The notes beneath the pieces were generated by a model, which saw nothing but the letters and a program-made list of their open reading frames with translations, did not search any database and was not told the DNA's origin. Made by a program: the position numbers and the translations under genes. Below, piece after piece: positions 36,601 through 50,360 of a stretch of DNA of 64,000 nt (position 1 is the stretch's first letter; each line of letters begins with the position of its first letter). Where the stretch lies: positions 5,766,001 to 5,830,000 of the forward strand of contig NC_043018.1 of NCBI RefSeq assembly GCF_006345805.1, given 5' to 3'. The stretch is from Octopus sinensis (taxonomy: Eukaryota).

Positions 36601-37840
36601 TTTTCAGAAAAATAGATATTTTTGAATTAAATTTTTACCAAATTCGTTTCAAATGGTGTTAATTATGATTATATCGGCATTTAATGTAAAAAGAAAATAG
36701 TTGATGGTTGCACATGTATACATACTGACAAACATCACATTTTTATTTTCTAAATTTCACAAATATTTCGTGTATGATCTCAAAACGTAAGACTTTCTCA
36801 CCTTCCCGAACGTCAAACTAATACACCCGCTTGTTGTTTATCCACCTGTCTTCGGGTTTTGTTTTCTATAAATTTCAACTATGATATATATATATATATA
36901 TATACGTGTGTGTGTATACAATGTTTTCAGTAAGTATGTGTGTTCGTCCACTAATTAAAAAAAATACAAGTGAATTAATTTCCGATATAACCCTAATCTA
37001 CACCTTCTGAGAGGTATCTCCAGAAAATTTCATTTAAAAGTATCCCAATTTTTCTAAAAGTTATGAGGAAATAAAGTCAAGTGGGAGGGGTACACTTTTG
37101 TAACTATGTCACAGTTGGAACAATGTGAAAGCTGGGAACATCCAGAGACAGTACAAGTCTGTGGAGAGATAGCTATGCAATGAAGAATGATGCCTTAAAT
37201 ATCACAAAATCATAAGTGTCATAGACATCTTAGGAATACGTTACCAAGGTATGATATCTAATTAATAAGTTGAAACTGTTATTACTCATTAGTGTATATG
37301 CAAATGTGTGTTTAGATGTAGATTATTATTTAGTTACCGCGATTTCTTTTGGCCAGATGCACAAGAGATCCATTTGGGTGCCTGAAGATGAGGGGGGAAA
37401 AATCGAATGGAATCTGGTATTTTGCGGTTAATATATTTTAACGATCGTGCACCTAACGACACCAATTTAAACGTCACAAGACATTGAAAAACCATCTCAC
37501 CAGCTCGGCATTCCCAGTTGCTGCATAATCACTCAGCTCAACCCCTTTAATTGATAATTAAGCAGATTTACGATCAGACAATCCAACTACGACCATGCCA
37601 TTTAATTTTTTCACGCGTAGTGTCTCTAGAACGACGTTATCCATCATTTTTTGACATGATAGGAGGCGATCTGAAGGAAATTTGGCTGCTATTTCTAGAA
37701 AGTTTCTAACGACTACAGAGGCGCCTTAAATTGCACGTATCAATTCCCGTATTTTTAGTGAGATGAACACATTTCCTGGAACGCAGATTATTTAATCTAT
37801 TTCTAATATAATTAGAATGTTTTCCCCTTCTAAGCTATCA

Positions 37841-38150
37841 TTTAAGATCGTAGCAGGGAGTTGAGGAAGATTTGACTGTTATTTCTAGCAAGTCTACCGA
37901 CTACAGGGGTGCTCTGAATGGCTCGTGTCACTTCCCGTATTTTTAGTGAAATGAACACATTTCCGAGAATGTAGTCCCCTTCTAAGCTATTATCCAATGT
38001 ATCCCCTCTCATTTAAGATCGTAGCAGGGAGTTGAGGAAGATGTGACTGTTATTTCTAGCAAGTCTACCGACTACAGGGGTGCTTTGAATGGCTCGTGTC
38101 ATTTCCCGTATTTTTAGTGAGATGAACACATTTCCTAGAATGTAGTATTT
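37841..38150. repeat. 171-bp tandem duplication near the 5' end of the eIF3e-A intron
   Basis: tttaagatcgtagcagggag at 37841 and 38012; a more diverged third unit at ~37660-37790. Confidence 0.8.
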
Positions 38151-38279
38151 TCAATCTACTTATATTCTAACTAAAACGTCTTTTCATGAGTAAGTCATAT
38201 GTAATATTGTATAAATTAATTAGATCGACCATAGTTTCGTTTAAAATGAAATAAAAAAAGAATAAGTGTGTCAACTCAC

Positions 38280-39095
38280 CGATCTTCGGCGACTCTTGTT
38301 GATAATAACAGCTGTGGTTAGGTATCGAAGAATATGAGGACATACAGTTTGTACCGTATTGAGATAAGGTGGTTGATAAAGAAGTAGGTCTATGACGAGG
38401 TCCAGACCATCTCGATGTTTGAAGAAGACGAACAGGGACCAGTGAACGAACCAGGTTCTCTGCTGTAAGGTCTGCAAGGCTGGCCAGAAAGAGGCGTTGT
38501 TGTCGATATATTCTCTCAACCTGTTTAATTCTTCGAGAGCCGTGTCGAAGTTTTCTAGAAGAATTTCAGAAGCCAGGATACCCCACAGTGAATTGAGGTA
38601 GAGCTTGTCATTAGTTGGTAGTAGGGTACTGACAAAGTAGAGATATTGACTAGTGAATTCATAGTTTCCACATTCGAACTGGTATTTGGCATAATTGTAC
38701 ATGTCTTCTGTAATATTTTCGCTGATGCCGTGACGAGTGACGAGGTATTCATACAAATGACTACCATCTCGCACAGTTTCAATTTGGTTTATAACCTCAG
38801 GGAGATTCATCAATTTTGAAATGTTTTCAACACGAGATTCCAATATTTCCAGTTGTTCCAACACGCTTTCTCTTTCTTCTTGAAAACTTTTGCTTATATC
38901 TTGTGAAGGATACATTTTGTCGTGTAGATTTTTGGCGTAATCTACCATCTTAGTCTTCTTAATTAGCTCCAGTTTTCCACGCAGTATTTGTTTTTCATCG
39001 AATATCTTCTGGGAATGTACAAATTCCAAGAGTTTCAGCATTAAATGCGGATCTAAATACTGTGAAAACCGGCTGAGCAGATCGAAGTTCGACAT
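38280..39095 (-). CDS. EIF3E: eIF3e/INT6-like paralog A, exon 1 (272 codons)
   Basis: MSNFDLLSRFSQYLDPHL...YAKYQFECGNY...LASEIL...LQQRTWFVHWSLFVFF...CPHILRYLTTAVI are eIF3e motifs. Ends TCG|gtgagt (phase 0). Confidence 0.93.
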
Positions 39096-41165
39096 GTTTG
39101 CTCTACCTCGCTAATGGAAAAGAATTATAGCCGGGGTAGTTTACAAAACCCGGAATCACGCACTGATTCCGGTGAAGCAACAGACCACTAGCAATTATAT
39201 ATGTATTTCCTTTCCTGAACGGGAAAAAAAATTTTAACTTTATCAGAACCTCGTAAATATAAAATAAAGCAAAAAATATAACAAGGAATATATTAAAAAT
39301 TTTTTTTCACACTTAGGGATAGATTTTAGCTCGATACAAATGAAAACAATTAAAACGGAAAACGAAACAACTAGTAGGTTCTCCTTAATTACATGGCTAA
39401 TGTCATATGGTGGATGATAGTCACGTGTCTCTTCCACCGGTAAGCATGGTCTTTCGAATTAATCTCCGTATTAAATAAATATTTTTTTTAATAAACCCGA
39501 CTGTTTAATTAATGTAATTTTAACGATGTCAAAGATCATTAAATGAGTCGTTGCTTAGCTCCAATTCAACTCAGAATAAGTACATCTGTGATCAAAGACA
39601 TTCCAGTCGTGCCCATCCCATCTTTTTTTTTGTTTATTTTTTTTTTTTACTTCGGGATAATACATTACGGATTACATACATACATAGAAATTGCGTCCCT
39701 TCTCTAATGCGAATTTACAAATTTAGGTTATCGACCACGGTGCTACCCTAATTCGTGACTGCTTTTATAAGCAGCTGATGTACTAAGTTCCCCCATTCAT
39801 TGGAGAAGGAAGCCGGGTAGGTTTTCTCTGGTGTCAACGAACTGTGAAACGGTCCGCCAGGAACTCTCTCTCTCATTTTACTGTATCATAGTAGTATAGA
39901 AAAAAACGTGTTTGTGTTTCTATTTAATTAACAGCGAAGCTTTTTTATAATAGTTACATTTATTTTGTTTCCTCTGATTCACGCTGTTGTACATAATTCG
40001 ATGTTGTTCTTTCTTTTAAGACGCGAGAATGTAAGTAGAGGGCAATTTGGCTGCTATTTCTAGCACATCAAGCGCCCATGTAGGTTCGCCTACGCCGTAG
40101 TGGAAGTGGAGTAATCGATCGGCGGATCATCTGTGCTGCAACTCTGCTTCGATTTTCAGAAGAAAAAAAAAACACACACACACACATACCGTCTCTCTCT
40201 CTCTCTCTTTCACTCACACTTTTTCTCTCTCTCTCTTTCACTCACACTTTTTCTCTCTCTCATACACACTTTTTCTCTCTCTCATACACACACTCACGCT
40301 CTCTCTCTCCCACACAAACTCGTACTTCTGACCCCCTTTCTTTACATTGCTCTCTCATAAACTCTGCCGAAGAAGTGTAAAGGAAGAATTTCCAATATTT
40401 TAAGGGAAGGTCGAAACAAGAGTTTTAGATATTTAGGATCTTTAAAAGTGTTTAGTTACGTGGAAATTATTTTAAAAAACTGCCGTTCAAACCGAAAAGA
40501 TCCGATATTTATGAATGAGATTTGAAATGTGCATATGTTTTTACATATTCATTCCTGGTCATGCACCAAAAAAAAAAAAAAAAACCTTTTGCCACCATTT
40601 TTCTGTTGAAGATAAAACTGGCTGTGTGGTTAACATTGTGGCCTTGTGTTCAGTCCCACGGCATGGCACCTTGAGCAAGTGTCTTCTGCTACAGTACAGG
40701 ACTGACCAAAGCATTGTGAGTAGATTTGGTAGACAGAGACACAAAAAAGCCCACCTGATATGTGTGTGTGTGTTTGTATATTTGTGTATGCTCTTGTCTT
40801 GACATCATGTGATGGTTATAAAAGTTTGTTGTTTATTTCTAGTCTTTCATGAAAACGTGTTTGGTCACAGGAAAAAATTACCTTGCTTGGAAATAGATGA
40901 GAGTTGGCAACAGGAAAGGTACCCAGCTGTAGAAAATACATCTCAACAAATTCTGTCTAACCCATACAAGGAAAAATGGATGTTAAATGATGATGATGTT
41001 GATAATGATGGAATCAGAATTGGTAAAAATGTATCAACCCTCACTTGAACTAAATCTAAAATGTAACATTTACGGAGATGTACTTGCATAGCAAGTGACC
41101 TGATCTGAGATCGTGTGCTGAAACGAAAACAATTGCAGCGTGGAAGGTGTTTGTAAGCCATTTAA

Positions 41166-41370
41166 CCCTTTCGTTACTGTATTTATTTTGAGATGCTCTG
41201 TGTTTCTTTCAATTACTTTAAATATAACAAAAAATTTCGTAAAATAACTTCGTTATCATTCAGCTAGTGTTAGGAACATAAATTATGACAAAGGTTTGGT
41301 GGAAGGTTTTAATTAAGAACTTATGAAAACAAGACATTTGTACTCAGAGCCAGAGTTGGTAATGAAAGGG
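41166..41370. mobile_element. piggyBac-type MITE
   Basis: TTAA|CCCTTTCGTTAC ... GTAATGAAAGGG|TTAA. Confidence 0.85.
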
Positions 41371-42918
41371 TTAAGAAACACACAAAAGCCATTCGATTCA
41401 CTTCAACATTTAAGTTTAATTTGTCAAAATATTTTCGTCGCTTTGAGACCGCGACCTGTTCGTAATACATTAAATTTTCAATTCCACAACTACTAATTTG
41501 GTTAATTCCACAGATAATTTGAAAACAATCATTTCTAGAAGACCTGAGATTTGGCAATGCCTAACTGGTACTTATTCCATCAACCTGAAAGGATGAAAAG
41601 TAAAACTGAACTGGACAGAATTTGGAATCAAGACCTAAAGCCAGAAGAGATGCTGTTTTAAAATTTTCCACGAAGACAGATCAGGTAGAAGCAACATTGT
41701 TCCTAAGAACATAATGTTGGTAAATTTGGGGTTTGGATTTTTGATTTAACCATTATTCTGTTACCATCATCATTGCTGTAATTTAACGTCTATTTTCTAT
41801 CCTGGATCCAGTGGCTCCCAGGACTGAATAATGCTTCAGCGTGATTTCTATATGTCTTTCCCAATGCCAATTGCTTCATTTTACATGTACTTAGTGCTTT
41901 TTTCATGCTACTGGCACCAGCAAGGTCATTAAGCAGCTTGCAGAACAAAACCCAAGGTAGTGGTCCTTTATGCTTGTAGATAAGGGGTTAAAGTATGAGA
42001 GATGGGAGGAAGGTGTGAGCAGGTTCTTGTTGTAGAGGAGCTTCATGGTCATTCACATTTAGAAGAGAAGGAGGGTGAGTAGGAACTACAAGTCCAGGTA
42101 GTAAAAAAAAAGGTAAAGTTATCTTCTCGAGTCATGCGGACTCATAAGGGCTTGTACCCTAGTTTCATAGTGTATACATTCCCTACCTGGATGGGACGCT
42201 GGTCCATCACAGGATTACTAATTTTTGCCAGCTGGTCCAGGATTTGAAGCCATAATCTTATGATCATGGGTCCAACACCCTAACCATTAAGCCATGTGCC
42301 TCCACAAGTCCTGGTGGCACCTTGTGGTACAAGGACAGGGGAACTAGGAGTATAGCTGGGTGGGGTTTTGTAAGATTTCTTATTCTTTTAACCTCTCATC
42401 AACAGCCAGAAAGCCACCTCCCTCAATACTAACAACACCGCATCACCACCGGTCAAGGGTACTTTGTCTTGTTTTGCAAGTTTCTTGATGACTCCACTGG
42501 TGCTTATGCCATGGAAACATGCACCCTGTACACTCTGTAAAATGGTTGGCATTAAGAAGGGCATCCAGCTGTTGAAACCATGCTAAAACATACAATAGAA
42601 TTTGATAGAGTTCACTTGCTTGTCAAACTATAGAACCTATGCTGGTATGGAAAATGGGCAATAAACGATGGTGACGATGATGATGATGATTGTGTAAGGA
42701 TAAGCTTTCCAATCTCTTTACTCTTTTACTTGTTTCAGTCATTTGATTGTGGCCATGCTGGAGCACCACCTTTAATCGAGCAACTCGACCCTGGGACTTA
42801 TTCTTTTGTAAGCCCAGTACTTATTCTATCAGTCACTTTTGCCGAACCGCTAAGTAACGGGGACATAAACACACCAGCATCGGTTGTCAAGCAATGCTAG
42901 GGGGACAAACACACACAC

Positions 42919-42957
<39 letters not shown>

Positions 42958-44122
42958 CACAACGGGCTTCTTTCAATTTCTGCCTACCAAATCCACTCAC
43001 AAGGCATTGGTTGGCCCGAGGCTATAGTAGAAGACACTTGCCCAAGGTGCCACGCAGTTACAATATCATTTTTATTTCCTTTCATATATTTCATATTACA
43101 TTCACTTGACACTGCTGTCAACTCACAGGAAAAGCGAGGTTTTGCATCTGATTCTATATATTTTATTTAATGCTGAACATTCAGATTCAAATATAATACT
43201 TTTTTTATTCATGTTGTTTTTTAATTAATCGAGTGGATTTGGTAGGCGGAAACTGAAAGAAGCCCGTCATATATATATATGTGTTTGTCCCCCCAACATC
43301 GCTTGACAACCGATGCTGGTGTGTTTACGTCGTCGTAACTTAGCGGTTCAGCAAAAGAGACTGATAGAATAAGTACTAAGCTTACAAAGAATAAGTCCTG
43401 GGGTCAATTTCCTCGACTAAAGGCGGTGCTCCAGCATGGCCGCAGTCGAATGACTGAAACAAGAGTAAAAGGGTATTACGTTGTAACTCTGAAATTTTTG
43501 ATGATATACTCTTTTACTTGTTTCAGTCATTTGACTGCGGCCATACTGGAGCATCGGCTTTAGTCGAGGAAATCGACCCCAAGACCTATTCTATCGGTCT
43601 CTTTTGCCGAACCGCTAACACACCAGCGTCGGTTGTCAAGCAATGTTGGGGTGAACAAACACAGACACATATATACATATGATATTGCTGTGGGCGAGCC
43701 CACAGCAATATCATATCTTCACTATTTCAGTATTACGTGTTAAAAGTGAAACAAAAACATCTCTCTAGTGTATGTATATGGATGTGTGTGTATATATATA
43801 TATACATGTATATATATAGCTGTATATGTATACATGTATTTCTATAGATATACATGTATGTCTAGATGTACATGTAATATGTACACATATATACACCCAT
43901 ACACACACATTGGTGCAGGTGTGGCTGTGTGGTAACAAACTTGGTTCCAAAACACATGGTCCTCAGTTCAGTCCCACTGTGTGGTAACTTGGCATGTGTC
44001 TTCTGCTATAGCCTCAGACCAACCAAAGCCATGTCAGTGGATTTTGTAGACAGAAACTGAAAGAAATCAATTGTGTCTCATATTTTTGTTTGCCCACTCA
44101 GTTGTATCTATCAGTTTATCTT

Positions 44123-44155
<33 letters not shown>

Positions 44156-44224
44156 GGATTTCGTAGACAGGAACTGAAACAAATCAATTGTATATATATG
44201 TATGTATATAAGTGTATGTGTTTT

Positions 44225-45995
44225 GGTATTGGCAACATGAACGACAATGGTCAGAGACTTGAATTTTGCACATACCATAACCTGTGCATCACTAACACAT
44301 TCTTCGCCAACAAGACATCACACAAGGCATCTTGGAGACATCAAAGATCTCACCACTGGCATCAGCTGGATCTCATCATTATACGAACATCCTTTCTGAA
44401 TTCTGTTCAACTGACCTGTAGTTACCACAGCACGGATTGTGACACAGATCATTCACTAATAAGAAGCAGGGTGAAGATTCTGCCTAAAAATGTCCATCAC
44501 TCCAAGAAAATGGGCTGACCATGCATTAACACTGCCAGAACCTCGGACCCTACACTGCGACAATGTTTTGCTGTTTCTATCAAAGTTGCCCTCAGTAGCT
44601 GCCCAACCTCCTCCGCTGAAAGTAGGTGGAATTATATCACGGAAGCTTTGTATACCACATCAATAGATACTTTCGGCATGAGAGAAAGGCAAAACCCAGA
44701 TTGGTTCAATGCTGGGCTCTCAGAGCTGAAAACAGTTATCGAAGCAAAGCGTGCAGCTCTGATGCAATACAAGAGGGATTCTTCTACAAAATCACTTGAA
44801 GAACTCAGAAAGGCAAGAAATAAAACCCAACTGACTGACAGTGGCGACATCTGTGGGATGTATGCTGGTTTGAAGAAGGCCCTCGGTCCATCCGCAACCA
44901 AGTCAGCCCCTCTGAAATCAACTACTGGAGATCTCATCAAGGACGAAAGCAAGCAAATGGATAGATGGGTGGGGCACTACCAGGATCTCTACTCACGGGA
45001 GACCACGGTAGCTGAGGCTGCAATCGAGGGAGTCAAGATCTTGCCAGTCATGTGCGAACTTGACAGTCTGCCATCTATAGCAGAGCTCACCAAGGCTATT
45101 GACTTCCTAGCAAGTAACAAGGCTCCAGGAAAAGATGGCATCCCCTTAGAGATCATCAAAACCAGCAAAAACACCATCTTGCTTCGGCACCTTCATGAGC
45201 TTCTGTGTCAGTGCTGGGAAGAGGGTACAGTCCCTCAGGATATGCGGGATGCTAACATCATTACGCTTTACAAAAACAAAGGTGACCGTGGTGATTGTAA
45301 CAATTACTGTAGAATATCTCTTCTAAGCACTGTTGGAAAGGCCTTTGCTTGCATTATCCTGTCCAGGCTACAACTGCTTGCTTCTCGAATTTATCCAGAA
45401 TCGCAGTGTGGCTTTAGAAGAAGTAGATCAACTATTGACATGATATTCTCAGAAGTCCAGAGACCAGAAAATGCCATTATATATGGCCTTCATTGATCTG
45501 ACAAAGGCCTTTGACTTGGTAAGTAGAAAAAGCCTCTTCATCCTGCTCCAAAAAATCAGATGTCCACCAAAGCTGCTGAGGATTATCAAATCTTTCCATG
45601 ATGATATGCAAGGCACCATACAGAATAATGGTTCAACATCAGCTGCCTTCTAAATAAATAAAAAAATGGGGTAAAGCAAGGTTGTGTCCTTGCTCCTACA
45701 TTCTATTTGCTGATGATGCCGCTCTGGTATCACACACAGAAGCCCTACAAAGGCTCATCAACAGTTTTGAGCAGGCATTTATCAACTTTGGCTTAGTTAT
45801 CAACCTCAAGAAGACCAACATCATGGGTCAGGCTACATCGGACATCCCAAACATACATATTGGAGACGACAGGAGGTGGAGAAGTTTACCTATCTTGGCT
45901 CTACCGTCATCTACAACCTATCCCTTGATGCTGAGCTCAATATACGCATTGGCAAGGCAGCTGCTGTGATGGCCCAATTCACCAAACGTTTGTAA
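44225..45995 (+). mobile_element. Degenerate RTE/BovB-type LINE (APE endonuclease + RT)
   Basis: APE end NDNGQRLEFC...NLCITNTFF...HWHQLDLII...DCDTDHSLI; RT KAPGKDGIP, NKGDRGDCNNY, QCGFR, FIDLTKAFD, LFADDAAL. Multiple stops and frameshifts. Confidence 0.92.
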
Positions 45996-46319
45996 AGAGG
46001 GAAATAACCCTCATCTGCAGATGATGATGAAATTCGAAACATAGTTATTCCAGTTCATTACAGAAAAGTCTAATTCTTCAATTGAATATAACCAAGCAAC
46101 ACCGGGTATCTCTGCTAGTATATATATATATATATACACAACGGGCTTCGTTCTGTTTCTGTCTACCAAATCCACTCACAAGGCTTTGGTCGGCCCGAGG
46201 CTATAGTAGAAGACACTTGCCCAAGGTGCCACGCAGTGGGACTGAACCTGGAACCATGTGGTTCGTAAGCAAGCTACTTACCACACAGCCACTCCTGAGG
46301 ACAGTTGCATCAAGAACTG

Positions 46320-46740
46320 CCAATCTCTAATTGTAAAGGGAACATGTCGAAGGGGTAAACCTAGGAAGATGTGGGATGAAGTGATAGGAAAGGATCTACA
46401 AACGTTAGGACACACAGAGGGGATGACAGGGAACTGAGACACTCAGTGGTTTGCTGTGCTTGAAAAGACACATCAAAAGCCTATTAAAATCATGGTTGCC
46501 CTTGCACACAGGCTTGTTCCTTGCAACCCTCCAGCTGAGCATCTCTAATCTTGCCGATCGTGGGTACTGGTGCCATGTAAAAAGCACCTATGCTGGTCAC
46601 CCAGTACGCTCTGTAGAGCGGTTAGCATTAAGAAGGGCATAGAAACCATGCCAAAACACACATGGAGCCTGAACAGCCCTTCAGCTCCTGTCAAACCATC
46701 CGACCCATGCCAGCATAGGGACGTTAAATGATGATGATAA
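46320..46740 (+). mobile_element. 3' remnant of the PHD-RTE family
   Basis: VKGTCRRGKPRKMWDEVIGKDLQTLG is homologous to 15160-15240; ends with acgttaaatgatgatgat tail. Confidence 0.7.
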
Positions 46741-47279
46741 CGAGTCTGAGTTTGCAGTTGTCTGAAGATTTATCGGTGAAATTTGATATATGGAAACTAT
46801 TGAAACCCCCTCAAAGGGACCTGTCCTGTTTTTGAGAGGTGGAATTTGTTGTGATGCCCTGTTTAAACCACCATCTGGTTCTTGGATGCCATTAGCAGGG
46901 TCCACTTTATTGTGAGTATAGGTCTTTAGTTTGAGAATAAGTTCCTACATGTCTCAGACAGTCTGAAAAGGGTTATACTTACCTGAGCCCTTTTCTCCCT
47001 ATGGACCATAAGCCAATAACAACTTCTCTCTACTTGACCTGTTTTTTCTAATTTTGTTCATTTGGATCCCCTCTTTTCAGATCTGCTTCAGTATCCCTCC
47101 CCTAGCTATTCTTAGGATGTCCTCTCTTCTGCATCCCTTGTTAGTTCCAGGTAATGTTTTCCTGAGGGAAAGCACATGGTACAGTAGTTACAGCATCGGG
47201 CTCACAACCATGAGGTTGTGAGTTCAATTCAGGGATCGGACTGTGTTGTGTTCTTGAGCAAGATGCTTCATTTCACATT

Positions 47280-47364
47280 GCTTATGGTGCTCCTGGACTG
47301 TCTGACTTTTATATTGCTGGATTCTTGTAAGAATTAATTTTGTTGCTATATTTCATTTTTTCTT
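47280..47364 (+). pseudogene. Orphan inverted fragment of heparanase exon 6 3' end plus donor site and start of intron 6
   Basis: gcttatgg[cggtgg deleted]tgctcctggactgtctgact(c>t)ttatattgctggattctt|gtaagaattaatttt matches the reverse complement of ~815-905. Confidence 0.85.
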
Positions 47365-49126
47365 GTTATGTATTTTAATTTTTTTGTTTTGTTTTGTATA
47401 GACATATATAAGAGGTAGTAGTTCAGTTCCCAGACTGGGCTGTGTGTTGTGTTCTTGAGCAAGACGCTTTATTTTTCATTTCTCCAGTTCACTCAGCTGT
47501 AGAAATGAGTTGCAATGTCACTGGTGCCAAGCTGTTGTCTTGGAGCTGTTGACGTTACTGCTTTGAAGGATGTATTCGCTCTTGGTAACTGTTTATTAAG
47601 TGAAGGTGATGTCCAGTGTGTCTAGGATTCCATGTAGATAACTAACTTGTGGAAAGGACCAAGGTGGATGACCAGATGACAGGCAAGCTGGCAGAAACGT
47701 TAGCACGCTGGGCGAAATGCTTAGCAGTATTTCGTCTGCTGTTATGTTGTGAGTTCAAATTCCATGGAGGTCGACTTTGCCTTTCATCCTTTCGGGGTCG
47801 ATAAATTAAGTACCAGTTACGCACTGGGGTCGATGTAATTGACTTAATACCTATGCCTGTCCTTGTTGGTAATAGAGAAATAGGTTGTTAACACTGCTGA
47901 GTATGGGTGGCTTCAATTTAAGACCAGACAGAAGAGAAACAATGATGGGGTGGTTATATTCATGTCTATAGAACTCCTGTCCATCACTCACTACATTTCA
48001 CCTCCAATCATCAGGTACTCTTCCCCCATACTCTTACAACTGCTCCCCCCACCATCTCATGATCTACTGCCTGTATCATCTCTTGCTTCCTGAAGGTTTT
48101 GCTTTGGTACTCCATCACCACAAGCCTATCTTTTTCCCTTATACTCTCACACGCCCAGGGTAGCCATGTATCTTTAGCTTGTCCTTGTTAATAAAATTCA
48201 CCTTTCTACCCCTTCAAATACACCACCACCACAATTTAGTTTCTTTTTCCCTTTCTTGTTTTCCATGTTACTTGGCAAATCCCACTAGTGCTGGTGGCAC
48301 ACACACACACAAAAAAAAAAAGCACGCAGTGATGATGATGATGATCATCGTTTAACATCCGCTTTCCATGCTAGCATGGGTTGGACAATTTGACTGAGGA
48401 CTGGTGAACCAGATGGCTGCACCAGGCTCCAATCTGATCTGGCAAAGTTTCTACAGCTGGATACCCTTCTTAACGCCAACCACTCCGAGAGTGTAGTGGG
48501 TGCTTTTACATGCCACCAGCATGGGGGCCAGTCAGGCAGTACTGACAACGGCCACACTCAAATGATGTTTTTTATGTGCCACCTGAACAAGATCCAGTCC
48601 AGCAGCACTGGCAATGACCTCGCTTGAATGTTTTTTCACGTGCCACTAAGGCGACACTGGTAACGATCACGCTCAAATGATGCTTTTTATGTGCCACCAG
48701 CACGGAAGCCAGTTTGCTGCTCTGGTAACAATCACGCTCAGATGGTGCTCTTAGCGCTCCCCTAGCACAGATGCCAGTCATCAAATTTGATTTCGATTTC
48801 ACTTGCCTAAACACAGCAAAAAATGGTTGGCATTAGGATGAGCATCCAGCTGTTAAAACCATGCTGAAACTGACTTGGAGCAAGCATGATGGTGCCCTGT
48901 AGCTCACCAGATCCTATCATACTGACCCTGCCAACCCATGCCAGCATAGAAAACAGACATAAAACAACTATGAACCTTAGCATTAACATTATAAGAATAA
49001 ACTAACTTTTGTTAAAAATCAAAATGTGATTGTATACTGAACTTGCTTGTATGAAATTGAAGTAAAAACACTGAAATTAAAAAGGAATTCAAAAGCCCAA
49101 TGTATTTATTTATTTATTGTTTATAT

Positions 49127-49180
<54 letters not shown>

Positions 49181-49232
49181 ATACACACATATATATGTTC
49201 ATAAATTTACTGTACATTTGTAAATTTTTATA

Positions 49233-49739
49233 TTAATCCTGTCCCCACTGAGTGCCAGATTCAGGGAATTTCAATCCTAGTTTCTTATGTATATTTAGTG
49301 CAAGGAAGTGGGAACGAGAGTGCAAGTCTTTGGTTTTCTGGATTACTTGCTGATAAGGGGAAATGGCTTTTGTTCCCATGACAACGTGACCTAGCTTTGA
49401 GTCTATTTTAGCATCGAGTCGGGCATGTCTGATCAAATTGACAATCCACTGCTCGGCAGCATCGGGTGTCATGTTCAGCTTCTGCGACAGCATGTTGATG
49501 CTGATGCATTCGTGGATCCGACAGAAAATCTCAAAGATGAGGAGACGGGCGTTCTCAATGAACTCGTTTACGAGATTGCTCAAGAAGAAATCGTAACAGA
49601 AGACGGCTTCGCATTCCCGTAGTTTTTGCTGGGCACCATCAAAATCAAAGTTGACATAGAGACATTCAACGAACTCAGTGATGGGGTCTCTGTAAGAATA
49701 GCTCTCTTGTTGAATGACTTTCACCAAATCCTTGAGAAC
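49233..49739 (-). CDS. EIF3E: eIF3e-like paralog B, terminal exon (PCI domain)
   Basis: ttttcag|[47 protein letters not shown]...WGQD*; 440 aa total. Tandem minus-strand AATAAA signals at 49105-49118. Confidence 0.92.
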   Translation of the reverse strand, partial: VLKDLVKVIQQESYSYRDPITEFVECLYVNFDFDGAQQKLRECEAVFCYDFFLSNLVNEFIENARLLIFEIFCRIHECISINMLSQKLNMTPDAAEQWIVNLIRHARLDAKIDSKLGHVVMGTKAISPYQQVIQKTKDLHSRSHFLALNIHKKLGLKFPESGTQWGQD

Positions 49740-49964
49740 CTGAAAATACAGAGAGAAAGGGGAGGAAAAAAAAACAAAAACATATTGTTTAAAAATTTAC
49801 AAAGGTTATTACAGATGATTTGCTGGTCAGGAAATTGAACTGGTTATCACCTTAACACACATGTATCAGAATATTTTCAATGAAGGCATAAGAAATTTCA
49901 AAACTACATTTGTAAATCTATCTCAATTCAGACAGAGTAGCTAATTTTTTATATTTATTATTTA

Positions 49965-50308
49965 CTAGCAGTATCGCCCGGCATTGCTCGGGTTTGTAAG
50001 GGAAATAACTATATAAGCATTTTTAGAAAGTTATAGCCAAAAAGTAGCAAAAAAAAGTAATTAAAAATGGAAAAAAATTATGGTAATTTTTTTTAAAAAT
50101 CGTTGACTCATCGTAGACATTTTTAGAGAGTTACTTCCCTTATATAATAGCGAAAAAATGCATTAAAATGAAAAAAAATTATGGTAAATTTTTTTTTAAA
50201 TCGTAGACATGCGCTAATACCCAGAATCACTGCACCGCAAAATGTGGGAGTAGTTAGGAATCTAAATCGTAGGAGACAGACACACAACTTCACTTTTATA
50301 TATAAAGA
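49965..50308 (-). mobile_element. Non-autonomous Helitron (family also at 61903 and 63751)
   Basis: A|TCTTTATATATAAAAG start; 3' GC-rich palindrome-like gcaatgccgggcgatactg then CTAG|T; no TSD. Confidence 0.8.
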
Positions 50309-50360
50309 TATATGCTAGAAATAGCAGTCATCTCTTCATCATTTTAAAGTTTTCCTTTAA

